Virus record (IMG/VR): IMGVR_UViG_3300017917_001151
Coordinates: 18,852-82,851 of that record
DNA from: a virus
DNA: 64,000 bases
Strand: one strand, 5' to 3'
This document shows positions 38,945-48,669 of the stretch, one piece after another. Numbering within the stretch: position 1 is the first letter of the stretch; every line of letters begins with the position of its first letter. Below the pieces are notes generated by a model. That model made no database searches. It was not told the origin of the DNA and saw only the letters and a list, made by a program, of their open reading frames with translations. Both the position numbers and the translations under genes were made by a program.

Positions 38945-40004
38945 CTTTTCTGTGTCCGTAGTTGTCTATATATTCTTGAGGAATAGTATCCCATAAATTT
39001 AAACCTTTATTCACTGCACAATCTCGAAGTATAACTTGGTGTACTAACGGAGATCTTGGTTTTCCTGGTAGTATATCAGCCATGGCTTCGGTCTGAACTT
39101 CTAGTAAGTCCAATGTTTTAGCATCAGGCCACTGAATTATTTTAACAAGGATTCCGTTAATTGTCATTGGATAGTGTGCCCTATTGCCGGTGTAGGGATC
39201 AAATCCCACCTGCCATTTATTTTTTTCAGCAATACGGTTAGCTTCCTTCACTAGATCAGATAAAAAGATTTTCGGACCTCCTGGATAACGACCAATGTCT
39301 GCTCCGCATCTTACTCTATATTGTTCACATATACCTGTACCGAATTGTTGTATTTCTTCTAAGCAATATTCCATCTGATCTAATGTTTCTAATGTATAAC
39401 TAACATTCTTAATACGAAGACCAACGTCTTGCATATTCTTAATGCCTTCCATCTGCTTCATACGAACAGTGCGTCCTTGGTAATCGGGGTGGTTAAGGCC
39501 GATAGTCCACATGACATTTTTTAAGTCTTTAAACTGTTCTACATATTCTCTTTCGGATAATCTAACTCCGTTGGTTAGAATCATGATGCCACGAGGCTTA
39601 CCGGGCAATGCTTGTATTGCTTTAATAAACTCAGGAAGGTCTTTTCTTACAGTCGGCTCTGCTCCACACAGGGCTACAGGAAAACCGTCATCTGGCCAAC
39701 TTTTAATAATGTTTAAAAAATAATCTATAGGCTTATCTTTGCTCATATTGTCCGGTTCTTGATAGCAGTTTGGACAATTTAAATTGCAACGATTGGTGAT
39801 ATCAATGAGATAACTTTGTAGTGCTTCTCTCGGATAGTTATAATTTAAATAAAAGTCTGCATCTGGTTCAACTAGATGTTCACTGTATCCGTGATGTTTG
39901 CAGGTTTTACCTAACCAAATTTGACCGTCGCGGTGAAACCTTGTAGCAGGTACATGCCTGTAACAATTCTCACATACTGATAATGTGTCTTCTAGTTTAA
40001 TCAT
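38934..40004 (-). CDS. Radical SAM protein with N-terminal CxxC..CxxHG domain, group E
   Basis: CENC...CKHHG, CNLNCPNC and GAEPT motifs. Confidence 0.9.
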   Translation of the reverse strand: MIKLEDTLSVCENCYRHVPATRFHRDGQIWLGKTCKHHGYSEHLVEPDADFYLNYNYPREALQSYLIDITNRCNLNCPNCYQEPDNMSKDKPIDYFLNIIKSWPDDGFPVALCGAEPTVRKDLPEFIKAIQALPGKPRGIMILTNGVRLSEREYVEQFKDLKNVMWTIGLNHPDYQGRTVRMKQMEGIKNMQDVGLRIKNVSYTLETLDQMEYCLEEIQQFGTGICEQYRVRCGADIGRYPGGPKIFLSDLVKEANRIAEKNKWQVGFDPYTGNRAHYPMTINGILVKIIQWPDAKTLDLLEVQTEAMADILPGKPRSPLVHQVILRDCAVNKGLNLWDTIPQEYIDNYGHRKDDI

Positions 40005-40022
40005 GTGGGTTCAAAAAATTCA

Positions 40023-40032
40023 TAAATATTTA
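40023..40032. promoter_or_regulatory. Palindromic bidirectional late-promoter-like site
   Basis: CATAAATATTTATG palindrome between divergent genes. Confidence 0.65.
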
Positions 40033-40060
40033 TGGTATAAAATATACTAAAGGAGCCTTT

Positions 40061-40624
40061 ATGAAAGTTGCTATAACAGGACATACCAGTGGTATTGGTT
40101 TGTCATTAGCTGAAAAGTTTTTAGAAAATAAATGTGAAGTTGTTGGATTTAGCCGATCTAACGGATTTGATATTGGAAACGAGGCTCACAGAATGGAAAT
40201 TCTTAACAAGATAGATGACTGTGATGCATTTATCAATAATGCCTTCCACGATGACGGACAATTAAAACTGTTAGAAGGTGTTATGAAAAGATGGGAAGGA
40301 GCCAATAAACACGTTGTTAACATCTCGAGCGTTATTGTTTTGATGCCCGAAAACAATTTTGTGCAATGGCCAAAGGTTCACAGTTATAGATCTGCGAAGT
40401 TAAATCTAAATAATTTTGCAAGAAATTATAAGGGTAGTGTTAGATTACTCAATGTTCTTCCCGGAATTGTAAAAACAAATTTTTATTTAATAGATGAGAA
40501 TCCAGAAGCAATGGTTAATGCTATGGATGTGTCTTTTGTTACAGATAAAATTATAAACGTTTTTTTCAATGAGGGTTATGCAACAAAACAGATCGTGATT
40601 TCAAAAGCAACTCAAGGATTATGA
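40061..40624 (+). CDS. Short-chain dehydrogenase/reductase
   Basis: TGHTSGIG, NNA, NISS and YRSAK motifs. Confidence 0.88.
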   Translation: MKVAITGHTSGIGLSLAEKFLENKCEVVGFSRSNGFDIGNEAHRMEILNKIDDCDAFINNAFHDDGQLKLLEGVMKRWEGANKHVVNISSVIVLMPENNFVQWPKVHSYRSAKLNLNNFARNYKGSVRLLNVLPGIVKTNFYLIDENPEAMVNAMDVSFVTDKIINVFFNEGYATKQIVISKATQGL

Positions 40625-42096
40625 TTAAAAATTTTCATTCTATAATTTTTAATATGGGGGCTTTGGGCGAATACATTAAAGGTAGAACGTCTGGAGCTTA
40701 TCGTATTGCCACAGAACTACGAACACAAGGTTGGGACGTGGAAGTTGTAGATTTCTTTTATTTTTGGAAATTAGAAGAATTAAAAGAATTATCCAGAAAT
40801 AGAATCAATAAGAACACGAAGTTTATAGGCTTTAGTCATATTTTCAGTGACTGGCCAGAACTAGCTGAAGATTATACTACATGGGTAAAAGAAAATTATC
40901 CCGATATTAAGATTATCTTTGGCTGCAATGCTTATAAAAATTTTAATACAAAAAACATAGATTATTATGTTGCCGGTTATGGAGAGTTGGCTTTACTTAC
41001 ATTATTAGAATATCTGTTTAGCAACGGAACTAGACCTATAATAACTCCCATCGACGGCAACAGAGTCATTGAAGCACAAAAATATTATACTGCAACTCCT
41101 TGGAGAGAACCAAGCATCTTCTATGAAGATAGAGATTTTATCAAAGATCACGAATGGCTTGGTATTGAGTTTAGTAGAGGATGTAAATTTAAATGTGCCT
41201 ATTGTAATTTCCCTGTACTAGGTGTGAGAGGAGATTACGGTAGAAACCTTGACGGTGCGAAACTTCAATTACAAGATGCATACGATAGATTCGGTACAAC
41301 GAAGTATCTAATCAGCGACGAAACATTTAACGATAGAACAGAAAAAATTACTAAGATTGCCGACATGATCGAAACCTTAGAGTTTCAACCGTTCTTTGCA
41401 TCGCATATTAGAGCAGATTTATTAATATCTAGGCCGCACGAAAAAGAAGAACTTCTGAGAATGAATACTTTATTCCATTTTTATGGAATAGAATCTTTTA
41501 ACTACGAGTCTGCCAGAGTATGTGGCAAAGGTATGAAGTCTGAAAGACTAAGAGAAGGTGTTATTAACATTAAAAATTTCTTTAAAAATAACGGCACAGG
41601 TTATTATAGAGGCACCATCGGCCTTATTGCAGGTCTTCCATACGAAACAGAAGAGTCAGTTATAGATACGATTAAGTTTTTGAACGAGCATTGGAAAGGC
41701 GAAAATGTGATGTTAAATCCTCTAGACATTTATAAGTCGTCTTTGGCCAACGTTTCTATATTTGAAGAGAAGTTTGACGAGTTTGGTTATCGAGTGATGA
41801 CTGAAGTTCCGGAAGAATATAGAAACGGATCTAGAGAGTTAGCGACCGGACCTCGATTTACTCCTAATTCTGTTATATGGGAAAATGATCACACCAACTA
41901 TTATAGGATTAGAGAAATCGTTTCTAAGTTAAGAGATACATTTGACGATGTATATAGACTTGCCTGCTTTGAATTGTCCAATGACTTTTCTGATAAAGGA
42001 CTGGAACATACACTAACTATACCATATAGTACATTTGGTGGCGAGTATCAAACAGCGTTTGTGGAAAATTATAAGAAACAAAAATTAGGATTATAA
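40621..42096 (+). CDS. B12-binding-type radical SAM protein, group B
   Basis: GYGE, EFSRGCKFKCAYC, DETFND and GIES motifs. Confidence 0.88.
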   Translation: MIKNFHSIIFNMGALGEYIKGRTSGAYRIATELRTQGWDVEVVDFFYFWKLEELKELSRNRINKNTKFIGFSHIFSDWPELAEDYTTWVKENYPDIKIIFGCNAYKNFNTKNIDYYVAGYGELALLTLLEYLFSNGTRPIITPIDGNRVIEAQKYYTATPWREPSIFYEDRDFIKDHEWLGIEFSRGCKFKCAYCNFPVLGVRGDYGRNLDGAKLQLQDAYDRFGTTKYLISDETFNDRTEKITKIADMIETLEFQPFFASHIRADLLISRPHEKEELLRMNTLFHFYGIESFNYESARVCGKGMKSERLREGVINIKNFFKNNGTGYYRGTIGLIAGLPYETEESVIDTIKFLNEHWKGENVMLNPLDIYKSSLANVSIFEEKFDEFGYRVMTEVPEEYRNGSRELATGPRFTPNSVIWENDHTNYYRIREIVSKLRDTFDDVYRLACFELSNDFSDKGLEHTLTIPYSTFGGEYQTAFVENYKKQKLGL

Positions 42097-43218
42097 AAGT
42101 CTTTTAGGTTTCTTTGCAGGACTTTCAAACTTGTATTCTAACTCGCTAATTTCTATAGGTCCGGACCAATTCTTTTTCCAATAGTTGCTTTCAAACTTTT
42201 CTTTTAGCACGTAGTGGTCCGGGACTATATCAAGACGTTTCATTTTATTATTTGTAAACGCATCTCTTAATATAACCTGATGAATGTAATTAGTAATCGG
42301 ACCTTCGTTAAACGCTGCCCAAGGTCCGTTGTTTAATTCTTCCATATCTGCACTTCTAACATCGGGCCATTGGATTACACGAATATTCATACCCTTCCAG
42401 TTGTACATATTATGATATAAATTTTCTTCTAGGGGTGTATGAACAAGCTCGTCGCCTAACAGTTTCTTCAATGCTTTAACTGTAGTGCTTAGATAATTCC
42501 TTCCGCCGGTGCTACGACCAATGCTGGCACCCATTCTAATTCTAACTAGATTAACTTTGTCTCTACCTATCTTATCTAATTCTTCTAATATCTCAGGTAG
42601 GTGATCTAGATCCTCGAGGGTATAACCTATACCATCTAGTCGGCCGTGTTCTTTAATGTTCTCTATACCGCGAAGTTGTTTTTCGTGTACTTTTTTACCT
42701 TGATATGTCCAATGATTTAAACCTACAGCCGGTAATATAGTACGTCCGGTGAGTAGTTCTTTTGCCCAGTCGTTGTCGGCAAATCTAAGACCGTTGGTTA
42801 ACATTCTAACTTTTCCAAAGTCATCTGCTAATTTGTGACTCAATGGAATAATTTCTGAATATAGAGATGCTTCTGCTCCGGCAAGAATAGGAATAAACCC
42901 TTCTGGAAACATTTCAGGTATTCTAATTAAACTACTCATAGGACTGTCTATGTATTTGTTATCCGGAAGTTGATAACAATGAGGACAGTTTAACTGACAC
43001 TTGTTTGTTACTTCAAACATAATCGAAACAAATTCACTTTCGTCGGTTTTAGAAAGACCGTAATAGTATTCCAAATCAATTTCAACTACTTCTTCCATGA
43101 TGCCGTGCTCTGGACATTTTTTAGATAACCAAATTTTATCATCTCTTTCAAAGACAACACCTGGAATGTGTCGATAACATTCATTGCAAAGACCGACTGT
43201 ATTGTGTATAAATTTCAT
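42091..43218 (-). CDS. Radical SAM protein, group E
   Basis: CNEC...CPEHG and CQLNCPHC motifs. Confidence 0.9.
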   Translation of the reverse strand: MKFIHNTVGLCNECYRHIPGVVFERDDKIWLSKKCPEHGIMEEVVEIDLEYYYGLSKTDESEFVSIMFEVTNKCQLNCPHCYQLPDNKYIDSPMSSLIRIPEMFPEGFIPILAGAEASLYSEIIPLSHKLADDFGKVRMLTNGLRFADNDWAKELLTGRTILPAVGLNHWTYQGKKVHEKQLRGIENIKEHGRLDGIGYTLEDLDHLPEILEELDKIGRDKVNLVRIRMGASIGRSTGGRNYLSTTVKALKKLLGDELVHTPLEENLYHNMYNWKGMNIRVIQWPDVRSADMEELNNGPWAAFNEGPITNYIHQVILRDAFTNNKMKRLDIVPDHYVLKEKFESNYWKKNWSGPIEISELEYKFESPAKKPKRLL

Positions 43219-43223
43219 AGCAT

Positions 43224-43242
43224 TATTTATGGCCTATAAATA
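43224..43242. promoter_or_regulatory. Divergent TAAATA motifs
   Basis: Minus 43229-43224 (5 nt to ATG) and plus TATAAATA 43235-43242 (4 nt to ATG 43247). Confidence 0.7.
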
Positions 43243-43246
43243 GTTG

Positions 43247-43993
43247 ATGTTTAAAATATTTGATAACTTTTTCACCGAAGAAGAGTGTAATACCGCTGCT
43301 GAATATGTAAAACAAAAAGAATCTTCATGGTATAAATGCCCGTGGACCGGTATGTATATTCTTGGAAATAGTTTGTTTCGTAAAATTACATTTACAGAAT
43401 CTGGAATAGACTACGGAAATTATTTTGAGATTGGATCTATAGATTCGCCTGCCTCACAAATTCTTAAAAATAAGTTAACAAATAATTTTAATAAAGTTGA
43501 ATTTGTGAATGGCCTTAGTAAGCCCGGATTTCAAATTATTAAATTAAACGAAAGCAAAGATCCTAGCGTCTGGCATTACGATGATATGATTACTTGTTTT
43601 CCTTTTGAAAAATATTTCAAAGACTACACAGGAAATTTTAATGAATATTTTGATCAAAAATTAATTTTTACAGTGCTGTTAAGCGATGGACACTATACTT
43701 TCGACTACTATCCCGAAACGTTATCAGAGTTTGGAAAAGATTATAAAGAAGCACGTAACACAAGTCCTATATGTCCCCAGCATCGAAATCTAATAGGAGA
43801 CGACTGTGCAAATCCGGATTGTACATTAAAGGAATTTAAAACACTTTATTATAAAAAGGGTATGATGTTATTGCAAGACGAAAGATATTTGCATCGAGTC
43901 GGACTAGTAGATTTAAATGGTACTAGTGATCTTAGAATAACTTTGCAGGGATACGGTCTTGTTAAGGACGATATTCTTTATTTGATATGGTGA
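43247..43993 (+). CDS. Fe(II)/2OG oxygenase-like protein
   Basis: FDNFFTEEEC, WHYD and LHRV...RITLQG motifs. Confidence 0.65.
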   Translation: MFKIFDNFFTEEECNTAAEYVKQKESSWYKCPWTGMYILGNSLFRKITFTESGIDYGNYFEIGSIDSPASQILKNKLTNNFNKVEFVNGLSKPGFQIIKLNESKDPSVWHYDDMITCFPFEKYFKDYTGNFNEYFDQKLIFTVLLSDGHYTFDYYPETLSEFGKDYKEARNTSPICPQHRNLIGDDCANPDCTLKEFKTLYYKKGMMLLQDERYLHRVGLVDLNGTSDLRITLQGYGLVKDDILYLIW

Positions 43994-44637
43994 ACAATCA
44001 ATTTGTTGTATCGGATGTTTTCATCAGGTCCGCAGCTCAAAGAAATAACATTATAATTATAATCTTTAGTTTGTTCTAAGACTTCATCTTTAGTATAAGA
44101 TGCCATAAATGATCGTTTTGTATCTGTAATATACTTTTCATCGAACATTGGCATCATTAGATTAAACAGATTATCTAAAGAAGAAATTTCATCGGGTCTT
44201 TCTAAGTCTACTACAAATACATTATCGCTGAGATTCTTAACAGTTTTCCAAAGGTTTTCGGTGTCGTTAATATGATGTAAAACTCTATTAATTAAAACAC
44301 CGTCGTAGTTCCCTGTTGCAGATAACAGATCACCTTTTATAATTTTTATTCTATCCGACAGGTTGTTATTTTTAATATTCTCCTCGGCTAGAGAAATCAT
44401 AATATCTGACATTTCATAGCAATCAAATGTAAGGTCGGGAAATTCTAAACACAATGCGATTACAAAATTACATGGGCCGGAGCCAAGGTCTGCAATTTTA
44501 CCAGCTGTCACATTAAAATAATTTTTATATAAGGTTATGTAGTCGACTAGATCGTATGAATTTATAAGAGATTGATTATAAAAGTTGCAACCTTCAATGT
44601 CGGTCATTAAATCATAATCTTCTGGAATGCGTTTCAT
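43978..44637 (-). CDS. Class I SAM-dependent methyltransferase
   Basis: ADLGSGP, VLHH and DLERP motifs. Confidence 0.88.
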   Translation of the reverse strand: MKRIPEDYDLMTDIEGCNFYNQSLINSYDLVDYITLYKNYFNVTAGKIADLGSGPCNFVIALCLEFPDLTFDCYEMSDIMISLAEENIKNNNLSDRIKIIKGDLLSATGNYDGVLINRVLHHINDTENLWKTVKNLSDNVFVVDLERPDEISSLDNLFNLMMPMFDEKYITDTKRSFMASYTKDEVLEQTKDYNYNVISLSCGPDENIRYNKLIVHHIK

Positions 44638-45683
44638 CTATATTTCTCCGGTAATGTATCGAATAAAAATTGCTGTTCATTAAACGATCTATCTCTTAAT
44701 ATAACCTGATGTAGTAAAGGACTCATTGGCTTTCCTGGAATCATATCAGCATAGGATTCAGAAAATGTTTCGTTAAAATCTATGGTCTTAACGTCGACCC
44801 ATTTGATTAGTCTATGAACTAAGCCGTTGATCCTTACTAAGAAGTGTGTTCGATTACCCTCTATAGGATCAACGTCCCACGTCCATCCTTTTATTTTACA
44901 GAGTTTCTCTGCTTCTTTTACTAGATCTGATAGGTATAACTCCGGACCGTGGTCTTCGGGAGTCCTTCCTATATCTACTCCGACCTGTATCCTTGCATTG
45001 TCACATATACCTTTTCGATTCCATTCTTGTATTTCTTCTAAAACAAAATCAAGTTGTTTAAGATCTCCGAGGGTGTATGTAAAATTTTTTATTTGCAGAC
45101 CTAATTCAACACAATTTTTAATACCTTGTTCTTGTTTGCTTCGAATAACACCGCCGTTATATTCGGGATGGTTAAGGCCTATGGTCCATTTAAGATTTTT
45201 AATGCCCTGGAACTGCTTTGCATAATCATACTTTCCTAGATTAATTCCGTTAGTTACGATCATTATCATTCTAGGCTTTCCTGGCAAAGATTGAATAGCA
45301 AGTACGATTTCTGCGAGGTCTTTTCTAGTAGTAGGTTCTGCCCCAACCAATGACACCGGCCAGCCGTTATCGGGCCACGACTTAACCTGTGATAAAATTA
45401 AATCTATTGCCGGATCTTTACTTTGATTGTCGGGCATTTGATAACAATGAGGACAGTCTAGATTACATCGATTGGTGATGTCTAGCCAATAAGATCCAGG
45501 TTTTCTCTTTTCATAGATTTGAGATTTGTAAAATTCCGAATCTACCTCTACGAGACATTCGTGGTATCCGTGTACCTTACAAGTTTTTCCTAACCAAATC
45601 GATCCTTCTTTCTCAAATTTAGTTGCAGGAACATGTCGGTAGCAATGTTCGCACATTGATAAGGTGTTGTCTAGAATAATCAT
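44634..45683 (-). CDS. Radical SAM protein, group E
   Basis: CEHC...CKVHG and CNLDCPHC; close paralog of 38934-40004. Confidence 0.9.
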   Translation of the reverse strand: MIILDNTLSMCEHCYRHVPATKFEKEGSIWLGKTCKVHGYHECLVEVDSEFYKSQIYEKRKPGSYWLDITNRCNLDCPHCYQMPDNQSKDPAIDLILSQVKSWPDNGWPVSLVGAEPTTRKDLAEIVLAIQSLPGKPRMIMIVTNGINLGKYDYAKQFQGIKNLKWTIGLNHPEYNGGVIRSKQEQGIKNCVELGLQIKNFTYTLGDLKQLDFVLEEIQEWNRKGICDNARIQVGVDIGRTPEDHGPELYLSDLVKEAEKLCKIKGWTWDVDPIEGNRTHFLVRINGLVHRLIKWVDVKTIDFNETFSESYADMIPGKPMSPLLHQVILRDRSFNEQQFLFDTLPEKYR

Positions 45684-45691
45684 TATGTGTG

Positions 45692-45707
45692 TATTTAACT
45701 ATAAATA
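45692..45707. promoter_or_regulatory. Divergent TAAATA motifs
   Basis: Minus 45697-45692 and plus TATAAATA 45700-45707. Confidence 0.7.
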
Positions 45708-45723
45708 GTTTGAGTTCAAAATT

Positions 45724-46314
45724 ATGGAGACCAAGTTGACTGATTATTATGATTACATCTATACAAAAGAATTAAGCATAGATCTCGTTTCTATTAAAAA
45801 TAGTTGTATGGAGATGCATAATATCATAATGGAAAATTTTTCCCATATGCCCGGAGGATATCCTCAAAAAGATCTTTCTTCGACTCATGTATTCAATCAA
45901 TATAATTTGCTAATGTATCCATTGGATCAATTTCATGAGTTGTATTTTGAAATACAAAAAATGTACAAAGAGATTGATAGATCGGATAATCAAATGTACA
46001 TTCAATGTTGGTTAAACTTTTATAATAAAGGGCAATATATAGATTGGCACGGTCACTGGGGTTCGGGGTCCGGAGCATATCATGGATTCTATTGTGTTGA
46101 CGTAGAACCTGACAGTTTTACAAGTTACAAATTCTATGACAAGGCTGTTGATGTGCATAGCAAAAATGGTCTATTGGTCATAGGCAAGACTGATGGTGAT
46201 CAACATAGATCGTCAGAGTGGCAACAAGACTATCCTCGAATAACAATAGCCTATGACATAGTACCAAAACATTATGTACCTTTACAAATGTTAAATCACT
46301 GGATGCCGATATGA
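45724..46314 (+). CDS. Putative Fe(II)/2OG oxygenase
   Basis: WLN, WHGH, GFY and HRS...RITIAYD motifs. Confidence 0.65.
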   Translation: METKLTDYYDYIYTKELSIDLVSIKNSCMEMHNIIMENFSHMPGGYPQKDLSSTHVFNQYNLLMYPLDQFHELYFEIQKMYKEIDRSDNQMYIQCWLNFYNKGQYIDWHGHWGSGSGAYHGFYCVDVEPDSFTSYKFYDKAVDVHSKNGLLVIGKTDGDQHRSSEWQQDYPRITIAYDIVPKHYVPLQMLNHWMPI

Positions 46315-46862
46315 ACCAATATCACTATTATTTGAATCTACCTGTTGAATTTAGACCTAATCCGGTCGATATGTCATCAACACATCATGCTTTATATCCT
46401 TTAGATAGATTAGAAAAAGAATTTGCTGAGTGGTTTTGGCAATTTGATATAGCAGTAGGACACGGAGAACAGTTTTTGTTAGCTCCGGGTCGTCAGGATT
46501 TTCATATCATACACACAGATGATTTTGGTACTGATCCCATAGTTAAACTAAACTATGTATACTGCGATACTCCGCATTATATGAATTGGTATAAATTAAA
46601 ACCTGGAGTTGAGTTAACACAAGCCTATTCTCCTGCAGGAACTCCGTACGGCACATGTACTCCGGAAGAATGTGATAAGGTATATTCGATACAATGCGGA
46701 CAACCTAGTTTGGTTAACGTTATGGAATTGCATGATGTTAGCAAAGTTTCTTCTCCCAGAACCTGCTATTCGTTAGTATTAATACATCGTAGATTGCCTC
46801 CTAACAGATTGTCGTGGAAAGAAGCTGTTGAAATATTCAAAGATTATATAGTTGAAGTATGA
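46311..46862 (+). CDS. Cupin/2OG oxygenase-like protein
   Basis: IHTD, KLNY and LVNV..LHDV..R motifs. Confidence 0.6.
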   Translation: MNQYHYYLNLPVEFRPNPVDMSSTHHALYPLDRLEKEFAEWFWQFDIAVGHGEQFLLAPGRQDFHIIHTDDFGTDPIVKLNYVYCDTPHYMNWYKLKPGVELTQAYSPAGTPYGTCTPEECDKVYSIQCGQPSLVNVMELHDVSKVSSPRTCYSLVLIHRRLPPNRLSWKEAVEIFKDYIVEV

Positions 46863-47542
46863 AATACGAATACTATTATAATAATGTTCCAGGACAAGGA
46901 TTATCTAGAAATAATTTAATCTATACGAGCCTAGTCAGCGAAGATAAAAAAGTTTTTGTTCAATGGTATTACAATGATGGAGTATATCATGCTGGCCAAA
47001 ACGAAGTTGTCGATCCAGAAAAAATGGAAGAAAAATGGCAGCGTGAAATTAAGTATCTTAAACTAATGAAAGGTGCCTATCCAGAATTAGTTCCTAACAT
47101 CTTAGATATCGATTATAGTCATAAAAAAATATACTTAGAAATAGACGGATTAGATTTTTGGAATAGAGCAAACTGCACAACAGAAAATTATGATTCAGTT
47201 TTACCCAATTGGCGAGAACAGATGTTAAACATAGTAAAAGCACACAAGAGTTTAGGACTTCACAAATACAGTATGCATCCTAGTAGCTACTTTGTAGTGA
47301 ATGGCGAATTAAAAAGCATCAATTATTTTTTTACATATCATAAATCAGAACCTATTATCAGTATTAAAGAAGTGGAAAGTCATATACACTCTAACCGCCA
47401 AACGGAAATGCGTAAACATCTAGAAACACTAGGAATAGAATGGAGTAAGCCGCAGCCCTGGAGCACCATGGATAAACTATGTTGGGAAAGTTTTAGAACC
47501 AACTACCCTTCAGACTTCATAAATATGGTAGGGGCCATTTAA
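46859..47542 (+). CDS. Kinase-fold-like protein
   Basis: REIKYL, MHPSSY and KSINY motifs; paralog of 29053-29727. Confidence 0.5.
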   Translation: MKYEYYYNNVPGQGLSRNNLIYTSLVSEDKKVFVQWYYNDGVYHAGQNEVVDPEKMEEKWQREIKYLKLMKGAYPELVPNILDIDYSHKKIYLEIDGLDFWNRANCTTENYDSVLPNWREQMLNIVKAHKSLGLHKYSMHPSSYFVVNGELKSINYFFTYHKSEPIISIKEVESHIHSNRQTEMRKHLETLGIEWSKPQPWSTMDKLCWESFRTNYPSDFINMVGAI

Positions 47543-47543
47543 A

Positions 47544-48122
47544 ATGTTTAAAGAAACTATCTATCTCAATGACGAATTGTTTAAAAATGTAAGGCTTAAT
47601 ATCCTTGATAATCCAGTAGCGAATTTAGAAGTTCCAGAAACATGGGATAACGTTACTGAATTTGGGGTATGGTGGGTTAAAGCAGGAATGCCTATTCGAT
47701 TCCCTAACGGAGCTGAGGTTTATAGAACAGACGATGCTACAGCAGTTGCACTATTTCGTCAGGGTAGATTTCAAATAGAGTTATATCTTATCCATCCTCA
47801 CCCTCAATTACAAGATCACGAACATCCGGGAGTAGAGGTTATTAAAGTTCGCATGGGCAATAATAACGAAACTGTAGGATTTACAGATGCATTAACTGAC
47901 GGAAGAGCGCACGGTGCTGGCGTAAGGTTAGAAGCAGAAACTATCGGGTTCCCATTGATTGCTATACAGCATTGGAAAACTAGAGATCCGATTACTATCT
48001 CTGCTATGTGGAAAGGGAAAACTGTTGGCCCTATGCAGGAAAAATTAATCAGACGTTTCCACCCAGATGCATATGTTATTGACGGATACGCGGACATTAC
48101 ACGAAAGATGACTGATGTATAA
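47544..48122 (+). CDS. Cupin-like protein
   Basis: HEHPGVE and AHG motifs. Confidence 0.55.
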   Translation: MFKETIYLNDELFKNVRLNILDNPVANLEVPETWDNVTEFGVWWVKAGMPIRFPNGAEVYRTDDATAVALFRQGRFQIELYLIHPHPQLQDHEHPGVEVIKVRMGNNNETVGFTDALTDGRAHGAGVRLEAETIGFPLIAIQHWKTRDPITISAMWKGKTVGPMQEKLIRRFHPDAYVIDGYADITRKMTDV

Positions 48123-48669
48123 AATGGTTAGATGGTCTAAAGATTTAGACCTTACAGAATTTTATAAAGATGCAGAACGCAGAGGGTTTGTAAATAACGC
48201 TAGTCAAAAAATGCTAGTAGACAGTCTAGCAAAAGAACGTGAATGGTGCGTATGGATTCTCTATTATAATGATGTAGCTGTGGGCAGTGTAGGAGCACAT
48301 TCATTTCCCGAGATGGGAGAGAATGCATATCGGATAGCTGTTCGTACCTGCATATTCACAGACAAACTACCATTAACTACATTACGTACACGTAACCAAA
48401 TAGTCACTCATCAACACGCCACAAGTCAATTCTTAATTCCTGCCTGTATTGACTGGGCACCAGCGAACTCATCACTATATATTACAAGTAATGAAAGCGA
48501 TACAGGTACCCAAAAATTGGTACACAGAATATTTGGACCAGCAATGGAAGAAACTGGCCAAATGAAACGCATTAAAGAAATTTTTTATCGAGGAACAGAG
48601 CAGACAGTTTGGCAGTTGTTTCCTGAAAAATTTTACGAAGAATTAAACAAATACAAAAGGTGGATTTAA
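48115..48669 (+). CDS. GNAT-like hypothetical protein
   Basis: VGSVGAH..YRI..R and LYITSN fit GNAT topology by eye. Confidence 0.45.
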   Translation: MYKMVRWSKDLDLTEFYKDAERRGFVNNASQKMLVDSLAKEREWCVWILYYNDVAVGSVGAHSFPEMGENAYRIAVRTCIFTDKLPLTTLRTRNQIVTHQHATSQFLIPACIDWAPANSSLYITSNESDTGTQKLVHRIFGPAMEETGQMKRIKEIFYRGTEQTVWQLFPEKFYEELNKYKRWI

